DNA of 64,000 nucleotides from Dehalococcoidia bacterium (lineage in GTDB: Bacteria; Chloroflexota; Dehalococcoidia; Bin125): positions 690,146-754,145 of the forward strand of contig CBDCPP010000002.1 in NCBI GenBank assembly GCA_965220315.1, in the 5' to 3' direction. The first letter of the stretch is position 1; each line of letters begins with the position of its first letter. Made by a program: the position numbers and the translations under genes. This document shows, piece by piece, positions 9,381 to 19,073 of the stretch. Under the pieces are notes generated by a model. It saw only the letters and a list, made by a program, of their open reading frames with translations. It had not been told where the DNA came from and ran no database searches.

Positions 9381-10577
9381 CTAGATCCGATGCGCCGTCA
9401 CGCGCGCGTTGAGTATGTTCATCACGGCCGAGATTGCGAATGAGATCACCATGTACGTGACGATGATCACGAAGAACATCTCCAGCGCATGTCCGGCCTT
9501 GTTCTGGATGACCGTCGCCACTCGAAACAGATCGTCAAACAGCACGGCGTACGCCAGCGACGAGTTCTTGTTCACGTTGAGAAACTGGTTGGTCACCGAC
9601 GGGATCATCTGGCGCAGCGCCTGCGGCAGGACCACTAGCGTCAGCCGCTGATACCCGGTCAGTCCAACCGCGCTTGCCGCTTCCGTCTGGCCCTTGGGCA
9701 GCGCCTGAATGCTGCCGCGCACGATCTCCGCAATGAACGCACCGGTGTACATTGTTAGCCCCAGCACCAGTGCCGCGAATTCGGGCCGAATCACCATGCC
9801 TTCGGCATAGGAGGTGCCGTCGATCACTGGCCGGTCGATGCTCACGGGCAGGCCGAGGATCAGGAACGAAATCAAGGCACCAGCGGCGAACAGCCCGATC
9901 GCCCAGCGGTTGGCGAAGAGGATTCGGCCGCTCTCGCGTTCGCGTTCCTGCCGCTTGGCTCGAAGGCGCATTGCGACCACACCGATGGCGATCAGCGCGA
10001 GCACCCAGATGCCGACGAGCCAATCGGGCGCTCCCCACAGCCCGCCCGATGGCACTGGCCACGGAATGGCGATTCCACGGTTGGAGAGGAAGAAGGCGTC
10101 GCCGACGTTGATCACGTTCTGGATCAATGGTGCGCCGACCAGCAAGATCGCGTACCAAATCACGATTTGGACTAACAGCGGGGTGTTCCGAAAGATCTCG
10201 ACGTACAGCGTGGCCATCCGCGCGACCAGCCAGTTGGAGGACAGCCGCGCGACTCCGATGACGACGCCGACCACGAACGCCAGCATGATGGCGACCATGA
10301 CGGCCCGCAGCGTCGACCACACGCCGACGAGGTACATGGTGAAGCGGGAGTTGGTGACGCCGTCGACATCAATGAGCCATTGACTGCCGACGGCGAAGCC
10401 GGCCGGTTCGGAGAAGAATCCGAACCCGAATTCACGCAGTTCGAGGGAGTAGAAGATGTAACCGAGGACGGCCGCCGTGGCGGCGACATAGATGGCTTGG
10501 GTGAGAAGGTTACGGAATCCGCGACGATAGAAGATGGGGACGTTGGGCGCATCCACGACGGTGGCTTGCAACGACAT
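9381..10577 (-). CDS. Amino-acid ABC transporter permease (AapQ-like)
   Basis: 398 aa and multi-TM. EAA loop TEAASAVGLTGYQRLTLVVLPQALR. Confidence 0.8.
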   Translation of the reverse strand: MSLQATVVDAPNVPIFYRRGFRNLLTQAIYVAATAAVLGYIFYSLELREFGFGFFSEPAGFAVGSQWLIDVDGVTNSRFTMYLVGVWSTLRAVMVAIMLAFVVGVVIGVARLSSNWLVARMATLYVEIFRNTPLLVQIVIWYAILLVGAPLIQNVINVGDAFFLSNRGIAIPWPVPSGGLWGAPDWLVGIWVLALIAIGVVAMRLRAKRQERERESGRILFANRWAIGLFAAGALISFLILGLPVSIDRPVIDGTSYAEGMVIRPEFAALVLGLTMYTGAFIAEIVRGSIQALPKGQTEAASAVGLTGYQRLTLVVLPQALRQMIPSVTNQFLNVNKNSSLAYAVLFDDLFRVATVIQNKAGHALEMFFVIIVTYMVISFAISAVMNILNARVTAHRI

Positions 10578-10691
10578 AGAGCGATGCTAATGGATCAGAT
10601 CGGGCGTTGTGGGTTCTTTCGCATAACCGACGGCCGTCGCGGATACGGCGCTGAGGGCCAGTTCGCCGGTTGCGGGGAGGCGACCTCCACA

Positions 10692-10730
10692 AGTGAGACA
10701 GCTTGCGCGGTTAGCGCAAGCTGTCTCACT
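10692..10730. terminator. Perfect 17-bp stem / 5-nt loop hairpin between the binding-protein gene and the permease genes
   Basis: AGTGAGACAGCTTGCGC-GGTTA-GCGCAAGCTGTCTCACT, read directly. A T-tract (TACTTTTTCG) follows only on the plus strand. On the coding (minus) strand it is an intercistronic stem-loop without a clear U-tract. Confidence 0.5.
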
Positions 10731-10766
10731 TACTTTTTCGCTGTACGCTTACTGCCTCACCTTCGC

Positions 10767-11882
10767 TTAGCGGTAGGGCAGCGCGTAGAGGATGCCACCT
10801 GTTCCCGGCGGGCAGTTGCTCTTGTCCTCGCTGGCGAGGGCGTTGAGCGTGCAGGCGCGCGGGACGGCGTCACCGATGTTGTTCTCATAGATCTCGCCAT
10901 AGTTGCCGACCGCGGCGATGGCGCGCTGGATGAACTGCGCGTTGACTGAGTCGAAGCCGAGCGTGGAGACCGCCCCGCCTTCGAAGGGGACGCCCAACAG
11001 CCGCGCCACGGCCGTGTTCGGCGGGTTGGCCGCTAGCGCCGCTACATCGCTCTGCGTGATCCCCATCTCTTCAGCAACGATCAGGCCATGGACGACCCAG
11101 TTGACGACATCCTTGAATTCGGAGTCGTAGTCGCGGACGCTCGGGGCGAGCGGTTCCTTGGAGATCAGTTCGCCGAGAATGACGAAGTCGGCGGCGTTGC
11201 TGAGGCTGCTGATGCGGGAGGCGAGGTTGGACTGGTCGGCGGTCCAGACATCGCAGCGGCCCGCGGTGAAAGCGTCTTGGGTTTCCTGGTCGCCGCCGCC
11301 AAGCGGGGTGTAGCTCAGACCGAGGTCGGTGAAGTGGTCCGCCAGGTTCTGCTCGGTGGTCGTACCGGCCTGGACGCAGATGGTCGCGCCGCCCATGTCG
11401 GCGGTGGAGTTGATATTGCCGCCGGCGTGCACGGCGAAGCCCTGACCGGTGTAGAAGGTGGTCTGGGCGAAATCGACGCCGAGTTCGCGGTCGCGGGAGG
11501 CGGTAATGGTGGTCGTTCGGATCAGGAGGTCAATTTGGCCGTCGTTGAGCAGCTCGAAGCGGGTCGAAGCATCGGAAGCATCGACGAGTTCAAGGTCAAC
11601 CTCCATGGCAGCGGCGACCGCCTTGCAGAATTCTACGTCAAAGCCCACGACGTTTCCGTCACTATCCCTTTCACCGAAGAGCGGCTGCGTCTGTTTGACG
11701 CCACACTTCAATTCGCCGCGATCTTGTACTAATTGAACAGTGTCACCGCGGCTGCCAGCAGAGTCCTGTTCGTCGCCACTGGAACAGGCCGCAAGTGCGA
11801 GCGCGCCCAGTATCGCGAGCAGCATCACGGTGACGCCGGCGCGCAAGGCTGCTCTGTGTTTCCAGAAGACCATTCGGTGCAT
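10767..11882 (-). CDS. Amino-acid ABC transporter substrate-binding lipoprotein (family 3, AapJ-like)
   Basis: Trimmed to ATG 11882 (MHRMVFWKHRAALRAGVTVMLLAILGALALAACSSG), which gives a signal peptide plus lipobox. AGGAA lies upstream. Confidence 0.85.
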   Translation of the reverse strand: MHRMVFWKHRAALRAGVTVMLLAILGALALAACSSGDEQDSAGSRGDTVQLVQDRGELKCGVKQTQPLFGERDSDGNVVGFDVEFCKAVAAAMEVDLELVDASDASTRFELLNDGQIDLLIRTTTITASRDRELGVDFAQTTFYTGQGFAVHAGGNINSTADMGGATICVQAGTTTEQNLADHFTDLGLSYTPLGGGDQETQDAFTAGRCDVWTADQSNLASRISSLSNAADFVILGELISKEPLAPSVRDYDSEFKDVVNWVVHGLIVAEEMGITQSDVAALAANPPNTAVARLLGVPFEGGAVSTLGFDSVNAQFIQRAIAAVGNYGEIYENNIGDAVPRACTLNALASEDKSNCPPGTGGILYALPYR

Positions 11883-12111
11883 AAGGGAATTCCTAACAAT
11901 CGAATTCGTCGACCTGCGTGGATGAGGCCGCGCAGGGGAAAGTATTCCTGTGAGGCTGCACCCTGTCAAGGTTGAAGGTTGCGACCCTAGTGGGGGCGAA
12001 GCCTGCGACGCTACAGTACGGTTTCCTCACTCGATCCGGCGACAACTGGCCCGATAGTCGTAGGCTTCTGGTGTGGCACACTCTGTGCCACCGATGGCGA
12101 AAGGGACGGGG

Positions 12112-13350
12112 ATGTCAGCGGGTCCGAACCACGACCCAGAGCGATCTGCGCACGCTGGCGCTGCCGCACCGCTCCAGGGGATACGCGTGATCGATGCCTC
12201 CCGCATCCTGGCGGGCCCCCTGTGCGGTGTGATCCTGGGAGACCTCGGCGCGGACGTCATCAAAGTGGAACATCCGCGCGGGGACGAGACCAGACGGTGG
12301 GGGCCGCCCTTCGTGGGATCGGAGGCCGGCTACTTCGTTTGGGCGAACCGGAACAAACGTGGCGTCAGCTTGGATCTCGCGGAACCGCAAGGCCGTGCGG
12401 TTTTCCGTGATCTCTGTGCGCATGCGGATGTTCTGCTTGAGAACTTCAAGCTGGGCACGATGGAGCGGTGGGGATTGGGTCGCGAGGATCTGAGCCGCCT
12501 CAACCCACGGCTCGTGCATTCCCGGATCAGTGGCTTCGGCACTCGCGGACCCAAACGCGACTGGCTCGCCTTCGACTTCGTTCTGCAGGCGATGACGGGA
12601 TGGATGAGTGTTACCGGGCAGCCCGACGGCGAACCAACGAAAGTGGGTGTCGCGATCGTCGATATTTTCGCCGCTCTCTACTCCTGTATCGGCGTACTCG
12701 CTTCGCTCCAGGAGCGGGACACACGGGACAGCGCCCGGCACGTGGATACTTCGCTCTGGGAAGCGGGGATCGCCTCGCTGGCCAACGTTGCCGCCAACTG
12801 GCTGCTGGGCGGTATTGAGCCGAAGCGTTTCGGCAATGCCCACCCCAATAGCGTCCCTTACCAAACGTTCCCGGCCGCCGATGGCCCTCTCGCCCTCGGC
12901 GTGGGCAGCGACGAGCATTACCGCGTTGTTTGCGAGATTCTCGACCGCCCGGATCTTGCTTCCGATCCGAAATTCGCGACGAATGCGGGGCGGCAGGCGC
13001 ACCGCGACGAGCTGACTTCTCTTTTGCAGGAGCTATTCCGGACGAAACCCGTGGCTGAGTGGGTAGAGCTTCTGCAATCCCATGGCGTACCGGCTGGGCC
13101 TGTGAACACCGTTCCGCAGGCGTTCGCCGATCCGCAAACAGACGCAATGGACATGATTTTGGAGCTGGAGCATCCCGAGCTGGGTCCGTATCGCACCACG
13201 GGATCGGCGCTGAAGCTCGACCCGTCGCCTGCTGTTCGCTTACGGCCGGCGCCTCTCCTTGGTGAACATACCGACGAAGTACTCGGCGAGTGGCTGGCTT
13301 ACGATCGCGCTCGCTTGGACGAACTGCGCGCGTCGGGCGTGCTCGGCTGA
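12112..13350 (+). CDS. CaiB/BaiF family III CoA-transferase
   Basis: LQGIRVIDASRILAGPLCGVILGDLGADVIKVE is a classic N-terminal signature. ATG 12112 was chosen because AAGGGA lies upstream; 12073 and 12094 are alternative starts. Confidence 0.85.
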   Translation: MSAGPNHDPERSAHAGAAAPLQGIRVIDASRILAGPLCGVILGDLGADVIKVEHPRGDETRRWGPPFVGSEAGYFVWANRNKRGVSLDLAEPQGRAVFRDLCAHADVLLENFKLGTMERWGLGREDLSRLNPRLVHSRISGFGTRGPKRDWLAFDFVLQAMTGWMSVTGQPDGEPTKVGVAIVDIFAALYSCIGVLASLQERDTRDSARHVDTSLWEAGIASLANVAANWLLGGIEPKRFGNAHPNSVPYQTFPAADGPLALGVGSDEHYRVVCEILDRPDLASDPKFATNAGRQAHRDELTSLLQELFRTKPVAEWVELLQSHGVPAGPVNTVPQAFADPQTDAMDMILELEHPELGPYRTTGSALKLDPSPAVRLRPAPLLGEHTDEVLGEWLAYDRARLDELRASGVLG

Positions 13351-13357
13351 CGCGCCG

Positions 13358-14815
13358 TTGTACGACTTGGTAATCCGCAACGGCCTGCTCGTCGACGGAT
13401 CCGGTTCTCCGCCGCGCACGGCTGATGTGGCGATCGAAGGCGAAACCGTTGCGGACATCGGCGCCGTCGTTGACCGTGGGCGGACCGAACTCGACGCGCG
13501 GGGATTGATCGTGGCGCCCGGGTTCATCGACGTGCACAGCCACGATGATCGAGCCGTGATCGAACAGCCGGAACTGCCGTTCAAGCTCCGCCAAGGCGTG
13601 ACCACGGACATCATCGGTAACTGCGGGTGGGCCTTGGTCCCCCGCTCACCCGCGAACGATGCGCATGCGCCCGCGCTGTTCGGCCCAGTCAAGATGGAAT
13701 GGACCGGCTTCGCGAGCTACTTTGGGCGGCTCAGGGACGCCGCTCCGGCTTGCAATGTGGGCGTTCTGATCGGGCATGGGGCAGTGCGCTTGGCGGTGAT
13801 GGGAACGGCGGCACGGCAGCCGGGGTCAGATGAGCTCGCAGAGATGTCTGCCCTCGTCGAGGCTGGCATGGACGCCGGAGCCCTGGGGCTCTCATCTGGC
13901 CTGACCTACGAACCGGCTGTCCATGCGTCGACGGCGGAGCTCGTCGAGCTGGCACGCACCGCCGCCGCGGCCGGAGGTCTGTACGCCAGCCATATCCGCG
14001 ATGAAGGAGACCACTTGTTGGAGGCGGTCGGCGAGGCGATCCAGATCGGTCGTGAAGGGGGGTGTCCCGTACAGATCTCTCATCACAAAGCGATGGGACG
14101 GCGAAACTGGGGGAAGGTCGACCGCTCGATCGCCGTGATCGATCGGGCGGTGAGCGCCGGAATGGACGTCACGACGGATGTCTATCCCTACGCCGCCTCC
14201 AGCACCATTCTGCGCGCGGTCGCAGCCCAAGGGGTCGACGACGGTGAAGATGCAGCAGCGATCACGATCGCCTCTACTAAAGCTAAGGCTGGCCTGGGAG
14301 GAAAGTCTCTGGCCACCATCGCGTCCTCATGGGGCCTGTCCGCTGCGGATACGGCGCGTCGGATCGTTGAAGCCGATTCCGGGACGATCGTGATCCGTCA
14401 TGGAATGGATGAAGGTGACGTGCGCAACGCGCTTTCGCATGAACGGGCGATGATCGGATCCGATGGGATTCCTGGAGCAGGTAAGCCACACCCTCGTCTT
14501 TACGGCACATTCGCTCGGGTGCTCGGCCACTATGTGCGCGATCAACGGCTCTTTCCGATCGAGGAGGCGGTTCGACGGATGACAGCCTTGCCGGCGCGCA
14601 AGTTCAAGCTTGCGCGCCGGGGACAGCTGCGGCGGGAGTGGGCTGCCGACATCGTTTGTTTTGAGCCGGAAACAGTGAGCGATCGCGCCACTTACGAAGA
14701 GCCGCGGCGATATCCTGCGGGAATCGTGCATGTCGTCGTGAATGGGTCGATCGTACTGCGAGACGGTGAGCAGCTTCCCGCACGGCCGGGCAGGGTTCTC
14801 CACCTCGACGGGTGA
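13358..14815 (+). CDS. N-acyl-D-amino-acid deacylase (D-aminoacylase) family amidohydrolase
   Basis: YDLVIRNGLLVDGSG...GFIDVHSHDD. Trimmed to TTG 13358, just after the CoA-transferase stop. Confidence 0.8.
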   Translation: MYDLVIRNGLLVDGSGSPPRTADVAIEGETVADIGAVVDRGRTELDARGLIVAPGFIDVHSHDDRAVIEQPELPFKLRQGVTTDIIGNCGWALVPRSPANDAHAPALFGPVKMEWTGFASYFGRLRDAAPACNVGVLIGHGAVRLAVMGTAARQPGSDELAEMSALVEAGMDAGALGLSSGLTYEPAVHASTAELVELARTAAAAGGLYASHIRDEGDHLLEAVGEAIQIGREGGCPVQISHHKAMGRRNWGKVDRSIAVIDRAVSAGMDVTTDVYPYAASSTILRAVAAQGVDDGEDAAAITIASTKAKAGLGGKSLATIASSWGLSAADTARRIVEADSGTIVIRHGMDEGDVRNALSHERAMIGSDGIPGAGKPHPRLYGTFARVLGHYVRDQRLFPIEEAVRRMTALPARKFKLARRGQLRREWAADIVCFEPETVSDRATYEEPRRYPAGIVHVVVNGSIVLRDGEQLPARPGRVLHLDG

Positions 14816-14926
14816 CGTACGGCGTTTGCCCCGGCGCCACTCATTGTCATTGACCTTGGCATGATGCGACTTCTAGTCTCGCCATGCTTTCGCAGCAATA
14901 GGGATAGTTGGATCACAGGAAATTGA

Positions 14927-15706
14927 ATGTTCTCACTTGAAGGTCGGAAGGCGCTCGTAACCGGTGCTGGTGGGGGATTAGGATCCGCGATCGCTGAATC
15001 GCTCGCGATGCAGGGCGCCGATGTCGTCCTCACCGATCTCGATGAGGCGAAAGCTGCCGCCAAGGCATCCGAGATAGCTGAGAAGCTTTCGGGTCGGACG
15101 CTCGTCCCGCTCGCGATGGATGTCACGAGTGAACAGAGCGTGCAGGATGCGTTCGCCGCGGCAAAACAGCGGCTGGGCCTGATCGATGTGATGGTGAACG
15201 TTGCTGGGATCGCTAAAATTCGGCGTCTGCATGAGATGTCGTTCGGCGAATGGCGGGAGATGCTCTCGATTCATCTGGACGGTACCTTCTTGGGAACGCG
15301 CTACGCCTTGCCGGACATGCTGGAGCGGGGCTGGGGTCGTGTCATCTGTGTCTCTTCTATCGTCGCGGATACTGGCGTCGCCTACGAAGCGCACTACGGT
15401 GCTGCTAAGGGGGGGATCAACGGGCTTGTACGTTCACTGGCGCGGGAAGTGGCGCCAAAAGGTGTGACGGTCAACGCGATCGCGCCCGGATATTTCGACA
15501 CGCCGCTCAGCGAGATGATTCCGCCCAAAGAGTATCGGTTACTTGCTGAGAATATCGCCGTGGGCCGGTTCGGTAAGCCGGAGGAGGTAGGGGCGCTGGC
15601 TGCGTACCTCGCCTCGGATGAGGCAACCTATATCACCGGCGAGGTGATCCGCCCCCATGGTGGCTTCTCATACGGTCACGCCGATCTCGACGCAGTCCCC
15701 GACTAA
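14927..15706 (+). CDS. SDR family oxidoreductase (FabG-like)
   Basis: TGAGGGLGSAIA cofactor motif, YGAAK catalytic motif, 259 aa. Confidence 0.9.
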   Translation: MFSLEGRKALVTGAGGGLGSAIAESLAMQGADVVLTDLDEAKAAAKASEIAEKLSGRTLVPLAMDVTSEQSVQDAFAAAKQRLGLIDVMVNVAGIAKIRRLHEMSFGEWREMLSIHLDGTFLGTRYALPDMLERGWGRVICVSSIVADTGVAYEAHYGAAKGGINGLVRSLAREVAPKGVTVNAIAPGYFDTPLSEMIPPKEYRLLAENIAVGRFGKPEEVGALAAYLASDEATYITGEVIRPHGGFSYGHADLDAVPD

Positions 15707-15713
15707 CTTCCTC

Positions 15714-16571
15714 GTGCAAGCCACGTTGCGCCCCGGTACTCCCGGCGATGCCGAGGCCTGCGGTCGCATCTGCTATGAAGCCTTCAAGGGTATCGCCGAC
15801 GAACACAACTTCCCGCCGGATTTCCCCACCCCCGCGATCGCCGTCACTGTCGTCGGCGCGATGCTAGCGCACCCCGGCTTCTACTCCGTGGTGGCGGAGC
15901 AGGATGGGCGAGTGGCAGGGAGCAACTTTCTCGACGAGCGCTGTCCCATTGCAGGGCTCGGGCCGATTACCGTTGATCCGGCCGCGCAGAACGCAGGCGT
16001 TGGGCGCCTACTCGTGGGCGATGTCCTCGACCGTGCGGAGTCGAAAGGGGCGGCTGGCGTCCGCCTTGTGCAAGCTGCATATCATGGCCGCTCAATGGCG
16101 CTCTACACCAAGTTGGGATTCGCCGTGCGTGAGCCGCTCGTCACGGTGCAAGGATCGCCGATCGGTGAGCTGCTTCCGGGATATCGTGTGCGCTCTGCTC
16201 GGCTCGACGACCTCACAGCGTGCGACGTGATCTTCCGCGACATCCACGGTCACGAACGCCTCTGGGATCTGCGTGATGCGGTCGAGCGTGGTAGTGCGCG
16301 CGTCGTCGAACGCGATGGGCACGTGACTGGATATGTAACCCTTCTGGGATTTGCTGGCCACGCGGTCGCCCGCGCCAACGATGATCTCAAGGCGCTAATC
16401 GCGGCGGCCGATCATATCCATAACCCCGGGTTCCTTCTGCCCAGCCGCAACCACGATCTCCTGCAATGGTGCATCAAGCATGGGCTGCACATTAGGCAGC
16501 CGATGACGCTGATGAGCATCGGGAAGTACCAAGAGCCGCGTGGGCCGTTCTTGCCGTCAATCGCGTTTTAG
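15714..16571 (+). CDS. GNAT family N-acetyltransferase
   Basis: Acetyl-CoA motif QNAGVGRLLVGDVL. The start is tentatively GTG 15714, after the SDR stop. Confidence 0.65.
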   Translation: MQATLRPGTPGDAEACGRICYEAFKGIADEHNFPPDFPTPAIAVTVVGAMLAHPGFYSVVAEQDGRVAGSNFLDERCPIAGLGPITVDPAAQNAGVGRLLVGDVLDRAESKGAAGVRLVQAAYHGRSMALYTKLGFAVREPLVTVQGSPIGELLPGYRVRSARLDDLTACDVIFRDIHGHERLWDLRDAVERGSARVVERDGHVTGYVTLLGFAGHAVARANDDLKALIAAADHIHNPGFLLPSRNHDLLQWCIKHGLHIRQPMTLMSIGKYQEPRGPFLPSIAF

Positions 16572-17208
16572 GAATCCGAGCGAGCCCGACGGCGAGCTCG
16601 CCACCGGTAGCGTCACGGCGGAAGGGAAGCGGTTGTCGTGGAAGACGCGTTGGGTGGCGGTCACGGCGTCAAATTGGTTCCGCGCTCGCCGCTCCATGTC
16701 GCCTCCATCAGTACGATTTGCGAGGCGTAGGATTTCGTGAAGGCAACGTTCACGACACCATGCGTGTACCCGAGGTTGTAGAAGCCAGCACTGCAGAAGC
16801 CGGGCGACAGCGCAGCAAAAGGCGTACCGTCCTTGGCGGCCGCTAACAGCTGCAGCCATCCCGAGTACGAATATCCATACATGCCGCTGCGATCTGCGCG
16901 GACCCACGGCAGAGTTTTTATCCACGCGGCAGTATTCAGCGTATCGTTCGCCTCGGCGCGAAGAGGGGAGAACGCCCCGCCCGACTTGAAACGCCCGCGC
17001 GTGTCTTGCACTCCCACGAATCCCTGTCGGCATACCAGATCGGGGGCGCATAGCCGATCGTCTGGGCAAAGCTTTTGCCATCGGGCGTTCGCAGAATCAG
17101 GGCGGGGTAAGGACCCCCGTCCGTAGGCCGGTAGATGTCCGCGCTGAACTCGACGCCGTCGCGGACGCGAACCGGAACGTCACGCTCCACTTCGATCGCA
17201 GGAGCCAT
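16557..17208 (-). pseudogene. Degraded CocE/NonD (S15 X-Pro dipeptidyl-peptidase-like) hydrolase
   Basis: Three reading frames carry pieces of one protein. These are the N-terminus (VRDGVEFSADIYRPTDGGPYPALILRTP), the nucleophile region (GMYGYSYSGW) and the extreme C-terminus (TQRVFHDNRFPSAVTLPV). Together they cover only ~215 codons, versus ~550-600 recalled as usual for the family. Confidence 0.6.
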
Positions 17209-17234
17209 CGCCTCTCGGCCCCGCTTACCTGGCT

Positions 17235-18128
17235 CTACCCAGCCGTGAAGCGAATGGGGCGACCGTCGCCGCTGGCGTCCAAGTCGATCTGGAGCAGCCG
17301 GGCGGCGTTTTCGCGCAGGATGCCGGACCGGACCTCGTCATGGAACGGGGCGGCACGGAACTCGTCGAGCCAGCGATCCGGGTGCAAGACCGGAAAATCC
17401 GATCCGAACAGCATGCGATCGCGCAGCAAAGTATTCGCGTTCTGGACCACGGCTTCCGGGAGATACTTAGGCGCCCAGCCGGATAGATCCATGAAGACGT
17501 TCGTCTTGTGCCAAAGCACCGCGAGCATTTCGTCGGTCCAAGGCCAGGCGGGATGCGCGCCGATAATTTGGAGTTCGGGAAGCTCTGCCGCGAGATCGTC
17601 TAGGTGCGGCACCGGACGGCCGTATTTCAGATGAATGCCCATCCCCCCCGGTGCTCCTGCGCCGATCCCCGTGGTCCCCATGTGGATCATCACGGGCACG
17701 CCGAGCGCCGCGCAGGTTTCGAAGATCGGCCACACGGCCGGATCATCGACGAAGAATGCTTGCGTCAGTGGCATGAACTTCATGCCGCGCAGCCCGAGCT
17801 CTTCGATGCAACGACGGGTTTCGCGGACCGCCGCTTCTCCCTTGGCGGGGTCGACGGAGCCGAAGCCAATGAGCACGTCGGCATTGCGCGTGACTGCCTG
17901 ACTTAACGCGTCGTTTGAGTCGCCTGCCCGGCCCGTTTGACTCTCTTCGTCCAAGGCCACCACTACTGCGAGCATGTTTCGCTCGCGGTAGATCTCTGCC
18001 TGCGCGTCCAAGCTGATCTCGTCAATTCGTTGTTTGAAATACTGCTCGGCCTGCTCTCGCCAAGGACCCTGTCGGCGATGAGCAGCGGCGTCGGAAGGGT
18101 GCGTGTGAATGTCGATCGCTTCGATCAT
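17235..18128 (-). CDS. Amidohydrolase-2 family metal-dependent hydrolase
   Basis: N-terminal IDIHTHP metal motif, 297 aa. It lies 6 nt downstream of the ABC permease gene. Confidence 0.8.
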   Translation of the reverse strand: MIEAIDIHTHPSDAAAHRRQGPWREQAEQYFKQRIDEISLDAQAEIYRERNMLAVVVALDEESQTGRAGDSNDALSQAVTRNADVLIGFGSVDPAKGEAAVRETRRCIEELGLRGMKFMPLTQAFFVDDPAVWPIFETCAALGVPVMIHMGTTGIGAGAPGGMGIHLKYGRPVPHLDDLAAELPELQIIGAHPAWPWTDEMLAVLWHKTNVFMDLSGWAPKYLPEAVVQNANTLLRDRMLFGSDFPVLHPDRWLDEFRAAPFHDEVRSGILRENAARLLQIDLDASGDGRPIRFTAG

Positions 18129-18134
18129 CGGAGT

Positions 18135-19073
18135 TTAAGAGCCACGGAAGAACGCTTGTCCCAACGCGCGGGGCGCCGCGCCCGCATCGGGACGATGGCG
18201 GTAGCGCCAGGCGCCCAGAATGAGTACCGCGACCGTGCCGATGAATGGCAGCATGTTGAGTACTTCGGGTGGCACGTTCCAGCCACCCGACTGCGCGATG
18301 AAGTCGAGCGCCCGCAAGCCGCCAAAGAGGTACGCTCCGGCGATCAGCAGCAGCGGTCTCCAGCCCGCGAAGATCACGACTGCTAGTCCGATCCAGCCGA
18401 GACCGCTGGTCATGAAGGGCGTCCAGCTCTGTGCCGTGCCCAGCGAAAGGAAAGCGCCGCTCAGACCGATGAGGGCGCCGCCGAACACGACGTAGGCCAG
18501 CCGCCACGCGATGACCGAGACGCCGGCGGCATCGGCGGAGACGGGATCCTCCCCGATGGAGCGGATGTTGAGGCCATGCCGCGTGCGGAACATGATCAGC
18601 GCAATGACAAACGGAATCAGGAAGGCGACGTAGGCGAGCCACAGGTGCTCGAAGAGGATGTCGCCCACCCAAGGGATCTCGTGCAGGCCGGGGATCTCCC
18701 AACGCTCGATCGGATGTTCGGCCCGCATCCCCGTGTAGGCGCGGCCGATCTGGCTCGATAAACCCAGGCCCAGCAGCCAGAGCCCGAACCCCGCGACGAC
18801 CTGGTTCGCGCGCAAGACGACCGTCGCCAGGCCGAAAAGGAAGACAAAGCCGGCACCGAAAGCGGCCGCTCCAATCAGCCCCACCACGACATTGCCGGTC
18901 TCAGCCATCAGCATGAAGCCACCCACGGCGCCCATCAACATGACGCCCTCGATGCCGATGTTGAACACGCCCACCCGTTGTCCCAGCAACTCGCCGGAGG
19001 CGGCCAGCAGGATCGGCGAGCCGATCACGATGGCTTGGAGCAGCGCTGCCTGCCAGAGTTCAAGTTCCATCAT
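18135..19073 (-). CDS. ABC transporter permease (BMP/nucleoside-type, YufQ-like)
   Basis: 312 aa and multi-TM. It overlaps the upstream permease gene. Confidence 0.8.
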   Translation of the reverse strand: MMELELWQAALLQAIVIGSPILLAASGELLGQRVGVFNIGIEGVMLMGAVGGFMLMAETGNVVVGLIGAAAFGAGFVFLFGLATVVLRANQVVAGFGLWLLGLGLSSQIGRAYTGMRAEHPIERWEIPGLHEIPWVGDILFEHLWLAYVAFLIPFVIALIMFRTRHGLNIRSIGEDPVSADAAGVSVIAWRLAYVVFGGALIGLSGAFLSLGTAQSWTPFMTSGLGWIGLAVVIFAGWRPLLLIAGAYLFGGLRALDFIAQSGGWNVPPEVLNMLPFIGTVAVLILGAWRYRHRPDAGAAPRALGQAFFRGS

